From Chrysochromulina tobinii (Eukaryota), in the NCBI GenBank assembly GCA_001275005.1, contig JWZX01002633.1, positions 1-34,730 on the forward strand: a DNA stretch of 34,730 nt, read 5' to 3'. The notes under the pieces were generated by a model. The model was not told where the DNA came from. It worked only from the letters and a program-made list of their open reading frames with translations, and searched no databases. This document shows, in pieces, positions 32,108 to 34,730 of the stretch (positions are counted from its first letter, which is position 1; each line of letters opens with the position of its first letter). The translations under genes and the position numbers were made by a program.

Positions 32108-32392
32108 AAGTCAAGTCAAGAAAAGTCTAAACATAAACAACAGACAGCCGTACGAAGCCTATCGATTGTAGTTCTGAGGCAAGCAGTGGTGGAAGGGCTG
32201 GCCGGAGATGACGGTAGGATTTGTACGTGTCTTGCCTCTTGACGTGTGCCTCAAGTCAAGTCAAGTCTATACATAAACAACAGACAACCATACGGAAGCC
32301 TATCGAATGTGCTCCGGTAGCCAGCAGTGGTGGATGGGAGTGGGCGGAGATGACTTGACTTGACTTAGACTTGACTTGACTTGACTTGACTA
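32108..32392. mobile_element. Two tandem copies of a short repeat element bounded by (AAGTC)n and (GACTT)n microsatellites
   Basis: Core TCTA(A/T)ACATAAACAACAGACA..GAAGCCTATCGA..GCAGTG..GGAGATGAC at about 32126-32212 and 32266-32354, each preceded by AAGTC repeats; (GACTT)n at 32352-32391. Confidence 0.65.
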
Positions 32393-32412
32393 GTCTTGAG
32401 TTTCTCCTCCCA

Positions 32413-33521
32413 AATGCCGATGCTCCCAGGCTCGACGTCCGCACCTGAGCCGCCGTCGCTGCTTCCGACTCCTGCTAGCAGCGCATGCTGCACGGGCGAC
32501 GCTGGAACGTCGGGACGGCCCTCATCAGCGCCCGCCAGCGCTGCGAGGTCCATGGGCCAGGGCAACGGCACGACGACGCAACACCGGACTGAACCGTCCA
32601 ACGTCTACGTGCCCACCTCGGACGCGAGCCACCGCGCACCACCTGTGCTGCGAATGGCGATCATCGGACCTGCGGCCAGCCAGCAGACGCTGCAGCGCCT
32701 AAGGCACCAAGAGGGGTTGGTGCTCGTGAGGCGAACAGCCCAGCGCCCCGAGCCTGAACCCGAGCCTCCAAAAGGGCGCGCGGCCGCCGGCGCACCGCGC
32801 GGCCCCTCGCAACATGAGTGGTACCCGTACCTCGGTGGCATCAAATGGGCTGTCGGTTGCTGGGCACGCGTGCACTATGACGGTTGGAACGGTCGCATCA
32901 ACGGTCGCGATGCCCGGAGGCGGATCGAGCCTGCCGCCCAAGCAGATGGCGCCTCTCCCCGCGGGCTACTCGTGGGGCTCGGAGGGTTCTATCGCCGCGG
33001 CGCGGGTCACCAGGCAGAGCGGGGCGAGACCAGCATCCGCAACATCAGCACCCAGGGCTGCCTCGATCTGGCGACCACCGCCACCGCCGAGGCTCGAGCC
33101 GACGGAGGAAGGCAGCGGCGGTGGTGGCGGCGGCGAGGGTGAGAATGGGCGTGGTCAGCACGCCGCGACCTCCAACGGTGCCGCCTTCGGCGTGCGACCT
33201 GACCCCGACAAGGTCGGCTTGGCGCGCAGCGATGCGCAGCGCTCGCAGCTGGCAGCTGACCGGCTCGCGGAGCGGATGGCACGCGAGCAACTGGAGGTCT
33301 TCGAGCGCGAGTCGGCGCGCTCGCGAGAGGCGCTCTCCGCCTTCTTGAACTCGCGCCACGGTCGGCGGCAGGTGCAGGCGCTCCACACGGCGATCGAGAC
33401 GGCCGAGGCGGCCAAGCTTCGGGCCGCTAGCCAAATGCTGGTAGTGGACCTCCAAGCGAAGCTTGCAGGTCTGGTGGCTGGGACGACGGACGAGCACGAG
33501 CGCGGTCGGGTACTAGGTTGA
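32413..33521 (+). pseudogene. Possible frameshifted or spliced hypothetical gene: Tudor/chromo-barrel-like motif followed by a coiled coil
   Basis: Frame 32396 gives EWYP...ARVHYDGW; overlapping frame 32814 gives a helical segment LAADRLAERMAREQLEVFERE...LQAKLAGL. Embedded among repeats; no clean joining found. Confidence 0.3.
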
Positions 33522-33615
33522 AATGTTGAGCGGTCCCATCATTCCCTCGACAAAGTTCCGAGCTCGCTCCAGAAAGGGCGCCAGGTCCCTTGGTCACAAA
33601 ACACCACAAAAAACT

Positions 33616-33960
33616 CCAGTCGAGTTCCTGTGTCGAGCCGCTCGACTGGTTTGTCGAGCTATAAAGACCGAGCTATAATCATTATCAATATGCATGCACG
33701 CTTTGCACGGGAGACGGGTTATCGGTTAATTTGTCCAATTGTCGTATGTCGAGCCTGTCGAGGCTCGGAGGCTGACTCCGAACGCTGAGATCTCGCTGGG
33801 CGACGCGTCCGTCGAGGCTCGAGCCGTCGTAGGACGTAGCGTCGACGCGTCGAGTCGAGCTGTCGAGTTCTGTCGAGCTGTCGAGTAGCTGCACGAGCTG
33901 TCGAGGACCTCTGTCGAGCACTCGAGCTGTCGAGCTGTCGAGCTGTCGAGGCTCGAGCCG
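33616..33960. repeat. TCGA-core repeat array (CTGTCGAG 8-mer), probable transposon subterminal region
   Basis: Dense GTCGAG/CTCGAG/CTGTCGAG units at 33619-33660 and 33748-33958. Confidence 0.75.
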
Positions 33961-34067
33961 TGGCATATAGCTTTGCTAAATGTTTCATATAGCTTAGGGT
34001 CAAAGGTTAGTTTTCTCTTCGAATATATAAACTCAGAGCATGTATAAGTTTCTAAGAACATACGTTT

Positions 34068-34169
34068 GAGATACATCAGGAATTCAGGATACAACGATAC
34101 ATCAGGATACGTGTATCCTTCAGGATATGACGCAGGATACATCAGGATACACATCCTGATAACAAACCC
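34068..34169. repeat. (ATC)AGGATAC repeat array, probable transposon subterminal region
   Basis: Repeated GATAC/CAGGATAC units, with inverted GTATCC/CATCCTGAT, ending ATAACAAACCC at 34169. Confidence 0.7.
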
Positions 34170-34662
34170 AGAAGGTCCATGCCAGTAATCAACCAAAATC
34201 GATAACACTCCCCCCGCTCCCCTTTGCTCCCCTGCCTGAAGCGCTGAAGCGGTCGGCAAATGTGGCCTGCGCTGGTAAAGTGCTCGCCTTGAGTGCTCGT
34301 CCGTCGTCCCTGCTCGTGGTGTTGCGTCTCAACTGAATTGTTTGTGAGAAAGGCCTGGTGTCGGGGCGCGAGAGTGCTCCGAGTTGACTGACACGTGTTC
34401 ACGGCTGTGTATTTACTGTCGAGTGCTCTCTCAAAATCGCTGAAAAGTTTGGCCAAAATGCGGCCGCGGCGTCGGGGACGCCGAGGAAAAAAACACGCAG
34501 CGTTGAAACGCGAACGCAGGGTGAAAAGCCGTCGCTGCCCTGGCCGGTGCGTCTCATTCTCATGCTCATACCACGCGTGATAGCATGGGCATCGGACTTG
34601 CGCGCTTGAACACGCTCGTCGTGTTCGTATGCCTCTGCCCACATCCAAAGGCTCAAGCACCA

Positions 34663-34730
34663 CCGCCGCCGTCGCCGCCGCCGCCGTCGCCGTCCCCGCC
34701 GCCGCCCTCGCCGCCGCCGCCCTCGCCACC
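34663..34730. repeat. (GCC)n-rich microsatellite at the window edge
   Basis: CCGCCGCCGTCGCCGCCG... to the end of the sequence. Confidence 0.8.

Overview
A GC-rich, gene-dense eukaryotic nuclear segment with spliceosomal introns, not a prokaryotic locus. The GCAATCAG-type intronic repeats, CCTAATATGG motif and plastid-targeted proteins suggest a haptophyte alga (Chrysochromulina-like); this assignment is inference. I reconstruct 15 well-supported protein-coding genes, seven of them spliced (15 inferred introns): a tail-anchored TPR co-chaperone, a PG-rich-repeat/EF-hand protein, a G-patch protein, a Ca2+-binding mitochondrial carrier (SCaMC type, 6 exons), an ankyrin protein, a KH + NPPY amino-methyltransferase fusion, an Sfi1-like repeat protein, a coiled-coil/ADP-ribosyltransferase/LRR protein, proteasome alpha-2, a second mitochondrial carrier, a His-less phosphoglycerate-mutase-fold protein, a membrane-lipocalin fusion, a small PAN/apple membrane protein, a CDF metal transporter and Rab11. 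Both window ends (1-85 and about 31390-34730) are transposon/repeat debris. Most notable: (i) the KH-NPPY methyltransferase fusion, a candidate RNA-guided-by-KH m6A writer; (ii) repeated tandem duplication of splice junctions inside the SCaMC gene, including a GC-AG intron that looks like a diverged copy of the next exon; (iii) sense-oriented CTGATTG intron repeats at G|GT...AG|GY sites; (iv) the R-S-E ART-LRR protein; (v) an 8-bp-TSD element sharing a core with microsatellite-tailed neighbours. All splice models are read by eye with frame checks and have no transcript evidence.
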